DNA of 64,000 nt from assembly GCA_903813345.2 (NCBI GenBank), contig CAIIXF020000001.1, positions 43,338,001 through 43,402,000 of the forward strand. The letters run 5' to 3'. The DNA comes from Owenia fusiformis. Taxonomy: Eukaryota. The number at the start of each line of letters is the position of its first letter. Positions within the stretch are counted from its first letter, which is position 1. The position numbers and the translations under genes were made by a program. Under the pieces are notes generated by a model that searched no databases, was not told the DNA's origin, and saw nothing but the letters and a program-made list of their open reading frames with translations. Shown here piece by piece: positions 43,901 to 57,900 of the stretch.

Positions 43901-46605
43901 AAACACACGCAGGAATGAAAGTAGCTATCTCAATGTCTCAAAATGCATTGAACTGGTGGTGCATTTAAATAGTGCATACAAATACATACATACATGCTGC
44001 TATTTGGAGTGCATTCCTCTGTGAAACTCTCAGAAACAGTTCCCTTGCTTTCAGTAAGACAGGGTGTTTAGTATCAACTTGGGCATCAAGATCCGTCCCA
44101 AAGGCGCATGCACAAATCACCTCCATAGTAAGGCCTTGGTATACACTAGCAAAGAAACAATTAATAAAAACTTGTTGAGGCTGGGCCTTTCAAATGAAAT
44201 AAAAAAAAGACAAATAAGGACCCCATTTGACTAAGGGTTAAAAGCCTATACTCTACTTAAATATGCTCAATTGTGAACTATTGTGTCCTAATTTTATGAT
44301 TAGTATCCATAAGCCAAGCTAGGATCTTAAAATAGATGAGGCATATTTGAATAGGCGAGGGAAAATTAAATAGGCAAAAAATTGAGTTTATAATACTAAC
44401 ATTAGACATCATCTTCAGTTATAAATAAATAAGTACACCAAAATATTGAATAAAATACCTCAAAAACATCAAGTAATTTACCTGTAAATATCAAATGTTG
44501 TTCCTGCATTTGCTTTCTCTTCTAAAACATTGAGAAGTTTGCCAACGCTGTTGTTTATCAAAGGAGACATCTGGAAATATGGTAGATTATGTATAAATCA
44601 TGTATAAATTAATTTGCACAAAGGACAACTTGACAAAATACTACACACTTAAAAATACCTTGAAAGAACAAATAAATGAATATTACTTCCCTAAAGTTTT
44701 TACACTTTCAAAAAACATTAATCCAATTAAGATTGCATGGAATAAACCAACCTGTTATTTCAAATTATTGAAATGTGCTTCAATTTTTTCATTACCTTTG
44801 TTTTATTTAGTTAAATTACTATTGTTCTCTATTTTTCAGTAAAATCTGCATACTCCAACAACTAGCTAATCTGAACAGTGAACACCTCTCAATAACACTT
44901 TTTCTCAGTGCCAATTTTGTTCCATCTCCCATTGACTCACATTAAGAACACTTATGGCCAACCCCAGTGGTGTTCAGATTAGACAGACTACTACTCACCC
45001 CTATTAAGAGTTCCAAAAGCACCTTGTATAGAAAACTCACATACTCACCTCCTTCATTCTGACCCCACTGAAAAAGGGACTTGATAAAGCCCTGATTCTC
45101 TTCCAATCTTGGCCCTCTGATTGTATTATATCAGGATTATGCTTGGGGCCACGACCCATGGGAAATATCTGTAATTATTACAATTTCTATTTTTTCACTT
45201 TTTTCACTTGTATTTTTACTTCTACAACTAATTAAATGTTGAATGAATGGAAATCATTGCAGAAGTATTTGTGCAAAATATATCAGATAAAATTAAATAT
45301 ATCGCACAACAAAAAATAAAAAAGATAATATGTGCAATATTTGACTTGAAAAAAATAAATTATTTCTTACCCTCCTGCCACTGAAATTGCTGAACAAGTC
45401 TTTGACAAAAACTTGCTTGATCATCTCAGGATCTGTAATTACTAAGATTGGTTGAGGCCCTTCATAGTATCTAAAATAGAGAAAACAGTATACTGTATAT
45501 CCATGTCAGTTTCTATATTTGGGTAGTCACCCATGTTTTGATCAGTTTTATTTTAGAATGTTTTTGGGTCTTGTTTTTCTGTTTTGTTGTCCTCATGTTT
45601 TTTAAATAAGCACACTCATACATACCCATACATTCCCCCATATTCATTTCTCCACTTTTCCCAGCACTTCAGCAGACCATATTTGTACATGTCATAGAAA
45701 TTGCCAATAAGGAATGCAGGGGCAGGTCCATTTATACCCATCCTCTTAAACAGGTTATACCGGTTCTTTCTGTGCCTAAAGAAGAAGCAGATTAGTCATT
45801 AATATGAATGACAGGTATGGATTCAATAAAGTGGTAAACACTTTCAGACTAGGTAAATTGTATACAATCACTGTAATTCAAAATGTCTGTTGATTGAAAA
45901 CTACTGATTGCTGAACTAAGCACATGATCATAAATGAGTTTTCAATTGAATTTCTGCCAACAGGGGGAACAAATTAAAAAAAACAAGCAAGATCATTGTA
46001 AATACAGTAAAACCTTTACTGTATTTACTGAAAACTTTTGTAAGCAAAACACTTTAACCAGTAGAACACCTTTGGGTCATTTTGGGTTGCTCATTGATTA
46101 ATCCCAACAATGCTGAAGTCTACAATATGGATACATCAGTCAATTTTTACAGTTTGAATAATCTTTCACTTGAGTGTTTTATAATCTATAATTCTATGAG
46201 TGAATGACATACAGATTATACTTTAAAAGATTGTCATATCTTATATATAATGAACCTAGGAAGACCCAAAATTGAGCCCTAGAGTACCCCAGATGTAATT
46301 ATCAGATTTACAAATATTGTCAGTATATCAATTCTTTGAATATTTTCAACTAACTCTGAGCACATCCTCAAAATTCCTTGATGTTATATGTAAACATAAC
46401 ATGTGAGAAATGCTCTACAAGGCTAATATACATTTAATATGCCATAAGTCTATTGATTATACAAGTTATATATCAGTATGTCATAAAAATATTTTAGGGT
46501 TGTTAAGATGAGAACTACATCTGTTAACCTATTTAGAGTACTGAATACTTACAAGACCAACACTGTGAGAAGGATTGCTAGGAGGGTCAATATCCAGGTC
46601 AACAT
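40941..46605 (-). CDS. Cytochrome P450, clan 3 (CYP3A/CYP5-like), complete, 12 coding exons, 531 aa
   Basis: Minus-strand exons 46553-46605, 45626-45775, 45371-45470, 45049-45168, 44482-44570, 43994-44145, 43559-43686, 42948-43118, 42361-42516, 41967-42052, 41382-41528, 40941-41184 (1596 nt). Anchor [28 protein letters not shown] hinge, WKRIR C-helix, AGYETTS I-helix, EVLR (ExxR), FSPDRF meander, heme motif [15 protein letters not shown]. Confidence 0.95.
43285..43437. mobile_element. 153-bp MITE, ~40-bp TIRs, 4-bp flanking duplication ATGA
   Basis: AACACCCAGACATTTGATCTCAGAATCCTACTTTGACTCGGA ... TCCGAGTCAAAGTAGGATTCCGAGATCAAATGTTAGGGTGTT. Confidence 0.75.
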
Positions 46606-47474
46606 GGTTGCTTTGTTCACTCCCAACTCAGCAGTATTAGAGTTTACCTGGAATTTACATTACATTACAGTACATCAAGATAGTCTGATGTAATTGCAAA
46701 TGTAAGTACAATTTCAACTTGACTTCAACACTTTGAAAACTTAAAACCGGTGCATTTTCAGACATGACCATAGAAATAATGGACGTGTACCAGGATAATA
46801 CTAATGATATTTAGAATGTTAATCCAAAAAACATTTGTGATGACCTGAGGACACCCCAGGGGGATGACAAACTAATGAGCATAGTATAACAAGCCAGATA
46901 CAGACATGAAAGAAAGCGGATTAAGAAATTTAACATCATTTTTTGAAGAAAATAAAAAAATTAGACCATATATATCTAGGTCTCTATACTTCCATAGTTT
47001 TGAATGATGAAACATGTTATATAAAGTAATCATATTCTAACATTAAGAAAAAAGGAAAGTGCACATTTAGAGTATGATGTACTACGATTTTCTTGGTTAC
47101 AGTGACACGGGCAGTGACACATCTGAGTAATGAAATAAATTGTTACATCTGTAAGAAAAATAGCTTCCCTATAGGGGACAAATCTTCCGATCCCTATATG
47201 TGGGCTCAATGGAGCAAATGAAAAATGTGGACACAGAGCAGACTCAAAATCAAACACTCGAAATGGTATAGATTTTGATTCTCATATCTGATGAAAACAT
47301 CATTTGTTCAGATACGAGACTCGATATACAGTGGGGGACAAAAATAAAACTCAACGTTCACAAGTTGTCACAATGAGCTAATTTCCAAGTTTCGTGTCTC
47401 AAACTCTCCCAAGCGGTAGAAAAATAATTCCCGTTCACTAAAGTAGCACAATTAATGAATCCAAAGCTTCATAC

Positions 47475-47831
47475 CTGCAAATAATGGATAAATCCCTACC
47501 AAATCGAATGAATGTTTTCATGAATCGCCATGTTTGTTATCCAAGGACGGTTGACTCCCAGAATGCAACATCAGTTACCGTATTTACTCATGACAGGTTT
47601 CAAAATGGCGGATCAGCATTTTGAAAGCTGGCACGTGTCATGTTGCATTCTGGGAGCCAATCCTCCGTTCCGGCGCAATCGGGCGACAAAATCACCTCAA
47701 CATTTGAAGAGTCGGCATAACATGTGATTATCCACTTCAACTTTTGAAGTTCTTATTTGTCATTAGGGACACACATTCCACTATATTTGGACTTACTCAG
47801 ACGGAGAAAATAGAGCACTGAAACTACTGAG
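47475..47831. promoter_or_regulatory. Putative bidirectional promoter with non-coding first exons of the P450 (-) and TAF5L (+)
   Basis: Minus-strand donor (CAG|GTATGA) with exon edge at 47475 and plus-strand donor (GAG|GTAAGA) with exon edge at 47831. Between them lies a CpG-richer patch with oppositely oriented YY1-like motifs (CAAAATGGCGG 47601 +; AAACATGGCG ~47526-47535 -), CACGTG and CCAAT. Confidence 0.6.
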
Positions 47832-48599
47832 GTAAGAATTTATTACATGTGCAACAGCATTTAATTTTCATAGCTTTTGCAATTCTTTATGATCCCCACT
47901 GTAGACTCTACATGTACAAAATGGCATTCATTCAGCATTCTTACAATTTTGATATTTTACAATATATATTTCAAGAACTCAACTGCACAGTTAGTACTTT
48001 ATGACTTGCTTAGACGAGTTAAGGCTGTTGTCAGCTTTTGAGTGTTATCGCTTTAGGGGATAGGACTAGGACTCCTACAGTAATAGGAGGAAGACGGGAA
48101 CCCGGAAGTAAAACAATCCATAACATTAGGAACAAATACAATTTGCCTGACTTCATGGTTATTAAACGATAATCTACAAGTTCTGCATGTTACAGCACAT
48201 TTATACTTACGGTTTTATAACAAAAACTTCCCAATAGTATTTTCTGTAGAACAATAGAAGAGGGAAATTAAGAGAGCACTAGATTTAGACTTTTTGTTTT
48301 GAAAAGGCTGTCATGACTCGCCCCAATTCAATTACAATGTAGGATTTACACACCACTACAGTTATTCTAAAACTATATCTGTTTAATAATTAATACAATT
48401 TTGAGAATTATTCATCGCGGCATATGTAATGTTTGTGGTTTCATCTGAGAGAAAAGGCTAACGTGGTCCTCCAAGGTGTAGATCTATATTCTTGTTATGG
48501 CGTGTCGTGTATTTCTTCAGTCCGTAAATTTAAGCATGAAAGTTTTAAATTTCTATATTTTTATTTTTCCCAAAACAAGGCGTTTTCCTATGTTAAAAA

Positions 48600-51500
48600 A
48601 TGAAAAGAATTAAATCGGACCAGTTGAATGGATGCTTCAGTGATTATGTGAAGAGACGTGTCTATTCTGTAAGTACACCTTCATGGAATACACTCTTGAA
48701 AATGTCAGTAATTCTTTAGTTCATGACACTTGACTGTCTCTCTGACTGTCACTTACTGAACACAGCTGGCTCAAAAGCCAGCTGACGAACCGTTAAAATA
48801 TACCGTCTTGTGAAGTGGTTTTCTCCAACTTCCAGCAGGCGCGCTGGAATAAGAAAACGGTATTTAAGAAGATAATTGAATGTAACTTTTCATGACGCGT
48901 GGTGACAATAAGTCCTACTTGTTGCGTAATTGCAGTTAAGTGGAGAAATTCCAGAACTGGCGCGCACCATTTTTTAACTTTTTGCGCATGCGTACACATG
49001 CGCATTGTACTTTTTATGCGCATGGGTATTACTGCTGAAAGATCATGTGACTATTCATATTTAGCTAACGCGAGTTATTTTGTAGCAAATTTTTACTTTC
49101 GAAAGTCACGAGATCTTGCGAGACCTAAAATGGCTGGAATCTAAATTCAAAAGTTTTGTTGTCTTAAGGCGACGCTATATTAAATAAAAAGTACAAAAAA
49201 TTACTGCCATATTTTTTTGATAAAGACACATGTTTTTAAAATCTGTTTACCTTGTATATGAATTGTGTATCTTGACTAATGAAACATGTCAAAGTTAACA
49301 TCACACATAAACACATTTTTCCAAACTATGAATTGGAGGTGCATGGATCCCCAAAGCTAGCATGAAGAGTGCGAAGTGAGGCTAATTTTTGAAAGTTTCA
49401 AGGAGTAGTCTTGCAACAGTCACACATTTGCAAGAGTCTAAAATTTCCACAAATCATCTTACCTTACCAAGGAACAACGAAGGAGCACGAAAATGTGTAC
49501 TTCTTGCATTGTTAGAGTATAATAAAGCTCAAACCATTGTGAATTCTAAATATTTCATGTCCACCATTTTGTTTCCTGGAACTATTTTTTAGTCCAGAGT
49601 TATCTTCATTCATGTTTCCATTGTTTATCATTCATAAAGCCTCTATCATGTATCTATCATGATAATTACACTGTAATAGATAAAACATACAAGTGATAAT
49701 CCATGCCACTTGGTGTAGTCACAAAACTTGCATGAGGATTAATCAGGAAGTCTAGAAGTAGTTCCGGCAAACAAAATGTGGACATGAAATATTTGGAATT
49801 TACAATGGTTTGAGGTTTATTATACTCTAACAATGCAAGAAGTGCACATTTTCATGCTCCTTCGTTGTTCCTGGGTAAGGTAAGATGATTTGTGGAAATT
49901 TTAGACTTTTGCAAATGTGTGACTGTTGCAAGGCTACTCCTTGAAACTTTCAAAAATTAGCCTCACTTCGCACTCTTCATGCTAGCTTTTGGGATCCATG
50001 CACCTCCAATTCATAGTTTGGAAAAATGCGTTTATGTGTGATGTTAACTTTGACATGTTTCATTAGTCAAGATACACAATTCATATACAAGGTAAACAGA
50101 TTTTAAAAACATGTGTCTTTATCAAAAAAATATGGCAGTCATTTTTTGTACTTATTATTTAATATAGCGTCGCCTTAAATAGAACATTGATTTACTACAA
50201 CAACAGACTGTTGAAGGAACAAAATAAGGGTATGCAACTATGTGTAATAACATGAGACATTCAAAATTAGCAATGCCATGCTTCCCTTTTATGGTGATAT
50301 TTCAAAAAGTATTGGATACATGTACATGTTTTTGTATTATTTTGAATAAAAATCAATTTTCAATATGATTAAAGCATAAAATATATTCAATCTCATGTAA
50401 AAGTAAACAAAAAAGACCAATAAGAATAAGAGGTATCAAGATGTTCTCTTCGAGTATTGCATTGTGGGTAATTATTCAAGAACACATTCCAATTAAAAAT
50501 TTAATTTGTGGGAGAATGTTCACTTTCTGTATTGTCATAATTACGATGAATTCCATTTTTTATTAAATTTTCAATATGTATGGAGATAATCATGTTTTTA
50601 TTTTTGAGTTATTTCTTTAAATCATCCATAAAACGGACAAAATAAGATTTTCTTGGAATGTGTACATTCTCCAATTTTGAAAACCCAAAGGCAATGCCTA
50701 TGTATGAAATGTGGGGAGTTGCCTACCCTTCTAGTTGAAAGCCCATAGAATTATGTATTGATTCAAATATATAGCGTATTATAAAGGCTACTCAGCACAG
50801 CGTTTAATCAAAATGGGCCCGATTTATTCTCTTCAAGTACACATGCATCCAACTTCCCAGAGCTGACTTCTCTCAGCTCGGTAGAGTAAACTGTCACTGA
50901 CAGTGATTGATACTGATCATAGTGATAGCGCTACAAACAATCACCCTTAGATTTCCTTGTCAAATTTCTTTCTTTTATTTTAAACTCTGCGAAACATGAC
51001 AGTGAGGACCTTATCCTCAGAAATAAGATAAAATTGAAAAGATTTCCATTTGTCAATTTTTAGTATTGCACAAACAAGCAAAATTCCTATTCCTATGTTC
51101 ATCCATGGACTTCTAATCACGTTCAACAACTCATCATATTATGTATTATCTGTCATCCCTTAGTCTTTAAATTACTGTCATTCCCGTCTCATGTACCAGT
51201 TATTTTATCTCTGGTACTTTTCATCTCAATTAAGGGGTTATAATATCAGTCTATGGTACCTAGTAGTAGCTCGATAGATACCAGAGATTCTATAAACATG
51301 TATTCAATAATTTCATTATATTTTCAAGGATGAACCAGCACAGTCAAAGAAATCTAAAGAAGGTCAAAATACCATGAGTAAGATGACATTAAGGAGGAGT
51401 ACCCAGAAGGATACTGGAGTTGGGGAAGTCTTGAGCTTTTCCAGCATATCTGGGGATACTACTTCCTTTGATCTACAGTATACAAAGTAAGACTGACTCG

Positions 51501-54415
51501 ATGTCACCTTAAAAGATATGTCATGAACAATAAGTCCAAGAAAAAGTGCTATATGCAGGGGTTTCATTAGCAGCAGGCAACAGGCGATTTTCACCATTTG
51601 TTTTCACAAAGTTGCCTGTTGTTTTTTATAGACCTTCAACTTATCCATGTTAATTTTATGATTTCCATTAATTTTGCCTGTTGTTTTCATTTATTTAGCC
51701 TGTTGAGAGAAATTTTAGTGAAATCACTGAAGATGTTTGTCTGGTGAATGGGTGAATATGCCTGATCAGTATTTTTATGATGCCACACTGACTGGAAATT
51801 TATTATCATGAATGCATATTGATTTTTTTATTCAGGATTAAGAAATTCATTCTTGAATCACCAGAACCTATGCAGAGTGATCTAAAAGAAATCCTCTACC
51901 CATTGTTTGTCCATGTATACCTAGAGCTGCTATGCAATGGGCACAAGACACCAGGTAATGGCAAAATAACTGGTTGAACAATTGCATGTATTTAAGCCTA
52001 TTTTAAAAGTCTCTGTGTGTCAAAGATGTTAACCTGGGATGTCGCATTCTTAGCCATGAACATTTATAAGTCAATTGTTGTCACCATAGAAATAATTACA
52101 TCATACCAGTAGTTAAAGTAGAAGTCTTATGAACTCTCATCTAAGAGGGCGGTAATTGTCAATTTCGATAGTTTTAGTCTTCATTGAATTAAACTGCTTT
52201 AGTTGACGTTTTGCTTTGATATTTGAACCCAATCAATCTTATATGACATGAGAACTATGGAGTATGATAATTTGCTCCTATATCGTGCTTGGTTGCCACA
52301 ATTCAACAATATCTTCCACCTCTTAAGGGAAGGTGGTAATGTATGAGATGATAACGGTCATGTTAGTTTTCAATACGCAGTAACTGGACACCTTAGCCAT
52401 CCATTATAAACTCTCATAACATTACTACATCACCGCATATCTTATCATCTGTAAAACCAAAATTACAGTTACCTTCCCTTAAAGGTAGATTATGCTTAAG
52501 GTTTCTGCCCCGGACAATCAACGATGGCCCATTATAATGGCCTTATTTTGTTCATATTTTGTACACATATACCCAATGTGGGTAGAAGTTCTGCTCGAAA
52601 ACCGATTTTCAAAATGGCTGCTCATTTAAAAATGGCGGCCGTTTTAGTGCCGATTTTACAGTTACTTAGGTACTGCATATAAAACTGTAAAAGCAATATG
52701 TTTTAAATGTAAAAAGGTTATATAGGACATTGATTAAGCTAGAAATGTAAATACAGAAGAAATACATGGCAGCCATCTTGAAAAATGGCTGCCTTTGCAA
52801 GTCATCTTACGATTTTTGCTGTAACTTGAAAAGTAGTTGAGCGATTTTGTTTATATTTGGTATGTGAATACTTTAAGCATGGCACAATGTCTAATGACAT
52901 TTTTGGTAGTAGGTGGCCATTTTGAAAAATGGCCGCCATTTTTACGTGTGTTATTTAACATTATTTACTGAAAGTCAAAAAGTAGTGGAGCGATTTTGTT
53001 CATATTTGGTTTGTGAATACTTTAAGCATGGTGCAATGACATTTTGGATTTTTACGTGTGTTATTTTAAATTTTTTACAATAACTCAAAAAATAGTAGAG
53101 CAATTTTGTTTATATTTTATATGTGAATACTATAAGCATGACACACTGTCTAATGACACTTTGGGTAGTAATCGGTCATTTTGAAAAATGGCAAGCATTT
53201 ACAATGTATGTGTGTGCCATTTTTTTTAAATTTTATATGTGCCTACTAAAGCATATTACTTCTTCTGATGACAATTTGGCTAGTGAGCAACCATTTTGAA
53301 AATGATGGCCTTTCTTATGGGTGTTATTTTATGATATTTGCTATATATTTTGTTAGTAAAAATGCCAGCCATTTCTGTTCGATGGGATTCGCTACGCTTT
53401 GGGGTTGCCGTTGTTCTGGTATGATTTCTGAGATACCTTAGATAAATTTTGGGACTAATTTATGGGTATAGTATTGCTTATATATTGAGAAAATTAACAG
53501 ATCAACCAACTGTCAGAATTGAACACTATTGAGTTTGATTGTGGCCTTTGAGGGAAATAACCCTTTCATATGACATGAGCACACGATCGTCATCAAACTC
53601 GGCACGTGCCTTGAGCTAGGCAACCAATCCGATTCAAACCTGGTTGTCAGTTTCTTTTAAAATCTCCAGAATTGCCATTTACGGAGTTCGTTTTTTCATG
53701 TAACCATACTGATAGATAAAAACGACCAATCAGATAAGACATGTATTTCGCTTATTTATTCAAGTTTCAGATAATTGATTTTGACTAAAATAATGCGACC
53801 GGACAGTACAATCACAAAATTAGCACATAAAGCACATAAAGGTGAATATGTGGTACGGTTTAATATGCAAAAAAGTCCAGGGGGGTCTTCATTGTGCTTT
53901 CCTATCATCACATCCCTCTTTAAGCGATGAAAGATATCATTGAACTGTTGTGCCTATGAATGGTATTTGAACAAATGATCATACTCCAGAGTTTCCATGT
54001 CATATAAGCCTGATGTATTTCACATATCAAAGCATTACGTCAACTATAAAGTGATTTAATTCAACGAAAACCAAAAATATAGAAATCGACACTAACAGTC
54101 CGCCATCTTAGAAGCGAAGATTATCCGTTATCTTTGCTTGATACTAACCAAAGAGAATGCTTATGGAAATGCGACCCATAATAAGATCAGCAATTCCAAG
54201 TGAACGTGAATCTTGAAACTAAAGTGATTGTATATTTATTCAATTTGATTCATAGGGAAGATGATTTTATCAATTTAAATTTCAGCACATAAGTTCTACA
54301 GCAGACACCACCTTTACTTCAAGGAACAGAATGAATATTCATCTGTATTGGAAGCCCTCTCTAACATGTTTAACAAGGAAGATGTCATTGCAGACAAGGA
54401 TATCAATAGCATGAG
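48600..54415 (+). CDS. TAF5L: TAF5-like (SAGA/PCAF complex subunit TAF5L), first four coding exons (N-terminal/NTD2 region); WD40 exons not seen in window
   Basis: Exons 48600-48668 (MKRIKSDQLNGCFSDYVKRRVYS), 51329-51486, 51836-51954 (IKKFILESPEPMQSDLKEILYPLFVHVYLELL), 54286-54415 (HKFYSRHHLYF). Phases are consistent. Matches the recalled TAF5L N-terminus (MKRVRTEQ..YLKRRQY, LLYPLFVYLHL, FYSRFH). Missed by the ORF track. Confidence 0.85.
49168..50174. mobile_element. 1007-bp foldback MITE, TTAA TSD, GG termini (Kolobok-like)
   Basis: TTAA-GGCGACGCTATATT ... AATATAGCGTCGCC-TTAA; near-identical inverted arms of ~410 bp. Confidence 0.85.
52140..54112. mobile_element. Old inverted-repeat element enclosing a family D HINE-like fragment (~52500-53420)
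   Basis: Arms ~52140-52290 and ~53960-54112 are diverged reverse complements (TAGTTGACG..TTTGATAT..CTTATATGACATG..GGAGTATGAT). The inner fragment ends GTTCGATGGGATTCGCTACGC..GTTGCC..CTGGT. Confidence 0.55.
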
Positions 54416-54915
54416 GTGAGTCAACCAAATTCTAAAAGGCATGATTCAAAAGATTTGTCTTTTTGTTTGGAAATTCAGAATTTATTAAGATTCAAACATG
54501 AAACCTCACCAACATTTTTCGAATATTCATCATGGCCTGCCATTACTACGGCCTGCCGTTATCACACATTACTCATATTACCAGGTGCAGGTATATTTAT
54601 AATAAAAACAGGTTCAAGCTAGCCAGAGGCAGTCAGAAGGAGGTACTTTTATGTTTCTGCTTTAAAAGTATCAACATCTTCCACCATAAGTCTCATGCAG
54701 TATGTTTCCATGCTTTATTGTTGTGGTTAGTCATTTCACTTCTTACAATCCAGTCATTTTATTACTCTGATTTAGACACAAACAAGTTCTGTATGTATTC
54801 ATTTGAATCATTTTTATTTCTATCTATTTTGTACAGTTCAAAGTATTAATCAAATATCTAAATGTTTTACAGGTTTGCAGGATACTTGAGGATTTGTATT
54901 AATAATTAGTTTAAT

Positions 54916-57900
54916 TTATAGTTTGTTGAGTTTAAATGTTTCTACAACTGGTTGTGCATTTTCCTTCTCAAAATTCTGGAAGTCATTGTTCTCATGCCCC
55001 ATATCATACTTTGTTCCAGATTGTTCACTAGTCCTGGAAATAGACAAATACTAATGTTGAAGAAACCATAGATGCTTTATCACTGCATTTGGCTAGCTCA
55101 GAAGAAGCTTTAATTTCATCATCTATATTCATTTCTATCTAGCGCTTTTATTATTTCTTTCACAGTTTTATATCATTTAAATGAATACCCGCAGCTGAAG
55201 CATTTATGATCTTGTCCAAACTGTTCCCCATCTTCTATTGTCTCAGGTAGGGGCTTTCCTTTGGTTTCTGGTAGGAAGAGTGCCAGGAGACCAGATACCA
55301 GAGACACTATACCTAGTAGAATCAGAGGCAACACCCTGCTTACATCACTCTGCAAATAGGGCAATCAAAAATTTTTTATTTCTGGAGTCTGGTGTTGACT
55401 TGGTCATTGACGATAATAACAATTCATTATCCAGAATGCCAGTAAATGTTTTGTACAAATGATTGAAGTTCTACCTTGGTGCCTTCAAAGTTGAAAAACA
55501 TGGATTTTTCTCAATACTTTTTGATCATACATGTGTACATTATTGAACAAACTCAATATATCATTACCAGTAATCCCACATAAGCTGATATAATACCAGC
55601 TATTCTGGCAGCCATAGAGTTGAAGCCCACTCCCGATGCTCTCAGTGGGGTAGGGTAGACTTCAGCAGAGTAGATCCAAGCCATATCGAATGATGCCGCA
55701 ATAGCAAGCTTACCAGCCATTGACAACACAACAATGATTACATTCTTATCTGGAAAATGTGATCAATACTTTCAAAGTTGAAGCCAGAGACATTGACAAT
55801 TTCTATTGAGAGAATTAGTCTATAATTTCTTTACCTAAGGGTACAGCTATGGTTGCTATGAGACAAACACCTCCAAAGAGCATACACATAGAAAATGGCA
55901 ATCTTCTTCCTATGTACATGAAGCTAGTTATCAATACCACCTGACAAAAGAGCATACATGGATTATCCATTCATCATAGAATTTTACTTCCAATTGTATA
56001 AATGCAGTTAGAATTAAATGGTTTTTGGACAGGTTTGGTCAGGAGCTGGAGATACAGACCACCAAATTTCCCCATGAATTTTTCTGTTGGTCTCATTGTT
56101 TAAGGTAATATTGTGATTGATTATGAAGTTCCACTATAACTAGTTTTTTAAACCTTGGCCACAATCTCCACTGCTCCAGATATGAAGAAGTTAACATAGG
56201 GGTTCCCTCCGAGGTTGGATGTATTCAAAGACAGGCCATAGTAGACCAGACTGTTAGAAAACCTACAAACACAAATATATTCTCCGTATGAATCTTGGCC
56301 ATGGATCAGCACATTTTATAATGCTGAAGAATTAAGGATTTTTCCCAAAATGACTAGATTGCCCAAAATATCTGTTTTGCCAAAAGTGGGAATTGTGCCC
56401 GAAGCCAGTTTTGACTGAAAATTCAGTAATTTTGTATATTTGGAAAATAGGTCCCCAAAAGCTTGGGTATGTGTCTGTGATATTTTATGTGGTTTCTTAC
56501 CACACATAAGAAAGAATCAGAGTTCTTTTTCTTAGATTAGGAGTCTTGAAGAGTGCTATGAAGTTGCCCTTTGCTTCCTGTCCCTTCTCTAAATCTATGC
56601 TGAACTTTTCTGGGAGTTTATCACATGCATTGTTCACATGGGCTATTGCTTTGATGACTCCTTTTGCATCCTTTTCTTTACCATTCTGTCTCAACCATCG
56701 AGGTGACTCTGGATAGAGCCTAAATACAACAATAACTAGAACTATATAACAATAATATCACAATGGCTTGTCATATATCACAATGATTTGCCATATATCA
56801 CAATGGATTACCATATAGTACAATGATTTGCCATATATCACAATGATTTGCCATATGTCACAATGGCTTACCATATGCCACAATGGCTTACCATATATCA
56901 CAATGGCTTACCATATATTACTATGGCTTACCATATGTCACAATGGATTACCATATGTCACAATGGATTGCCATATTTGTTGGCTTACCATATGCCACAA
57001 TGGCTTACCATATATCACAATGGCTTACCATATATTACAATGGCTTACCATATGTCACAATGGATTACCATATGTCACAATGGATTGCCATATATCACAA
57101 TGGCTTACCATATGCCACAATGGCTTACCATATATCAAAATGGCTTACCATATATTACAGTGGCTTACCATATGCCACGATGGCTTACCATATATCACAA
57201 TGGCTTACCATATGCCACAATGGCTTACCACATGTCACAATGGATTACCATATATCACAATGGATTACCATATATCACAATGGCTTACCATATATCACAA
57301 TGGCTTACCATATATTACAATGGCTTACCATATGTCACAATGGATTGCCATATATCACAATGGCTTACCATATGCCACAATGGCTTACCATATGTCACAA
57401 TGGATTACCATATATCACAATGGATTACCATATATTACAATGGCTTACCATATGTCACAATGGATTACCATATATCACAATGGCTTACCATATATCACAA
57501 TGGCTTACCATATATTATAATGGCTTACCATATGCCACAATGGCTTACCATATGTCACAATGGATTACCATATATCACAATGGCTTACCATATATCACAA
57601 TGATTTGCCATATATCACAATGGCTTACCATATATTACAATGGCTTGCCATATATCACAATGGCTTACCATATATCACAATAGCTTACCATCTTGTTAGA
57701 TATAAAGATAGTTCACCATATATATACTATGTATATGTATGCATAAGAATAACTAATCAGGTATCATAATTACTATATGTATAATTCATTCATCATCATC
57801 AAGTTCAATGTGGTTTCCTGTTTTACTCAATTCTGCTGTTATACTAGTGTGATATATCCTATATTTTTAGATATGCAATATTTACACTTTGTGTACTAAA

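Noticed and set aside
48960..49025. GCGCATGCG cluster (NRF1-like sites) in a TAF5L intron
   Set aside because: Probably part of a repeat; no independent support for regulatory function.
56828..57769. Long ORFs of 230-266 aa (ICHNGLPYITMAYH repeats)
   Set aside because: Translation of a stop-poor 20-bp minisatellite; all three frames cycle through the same peptide.
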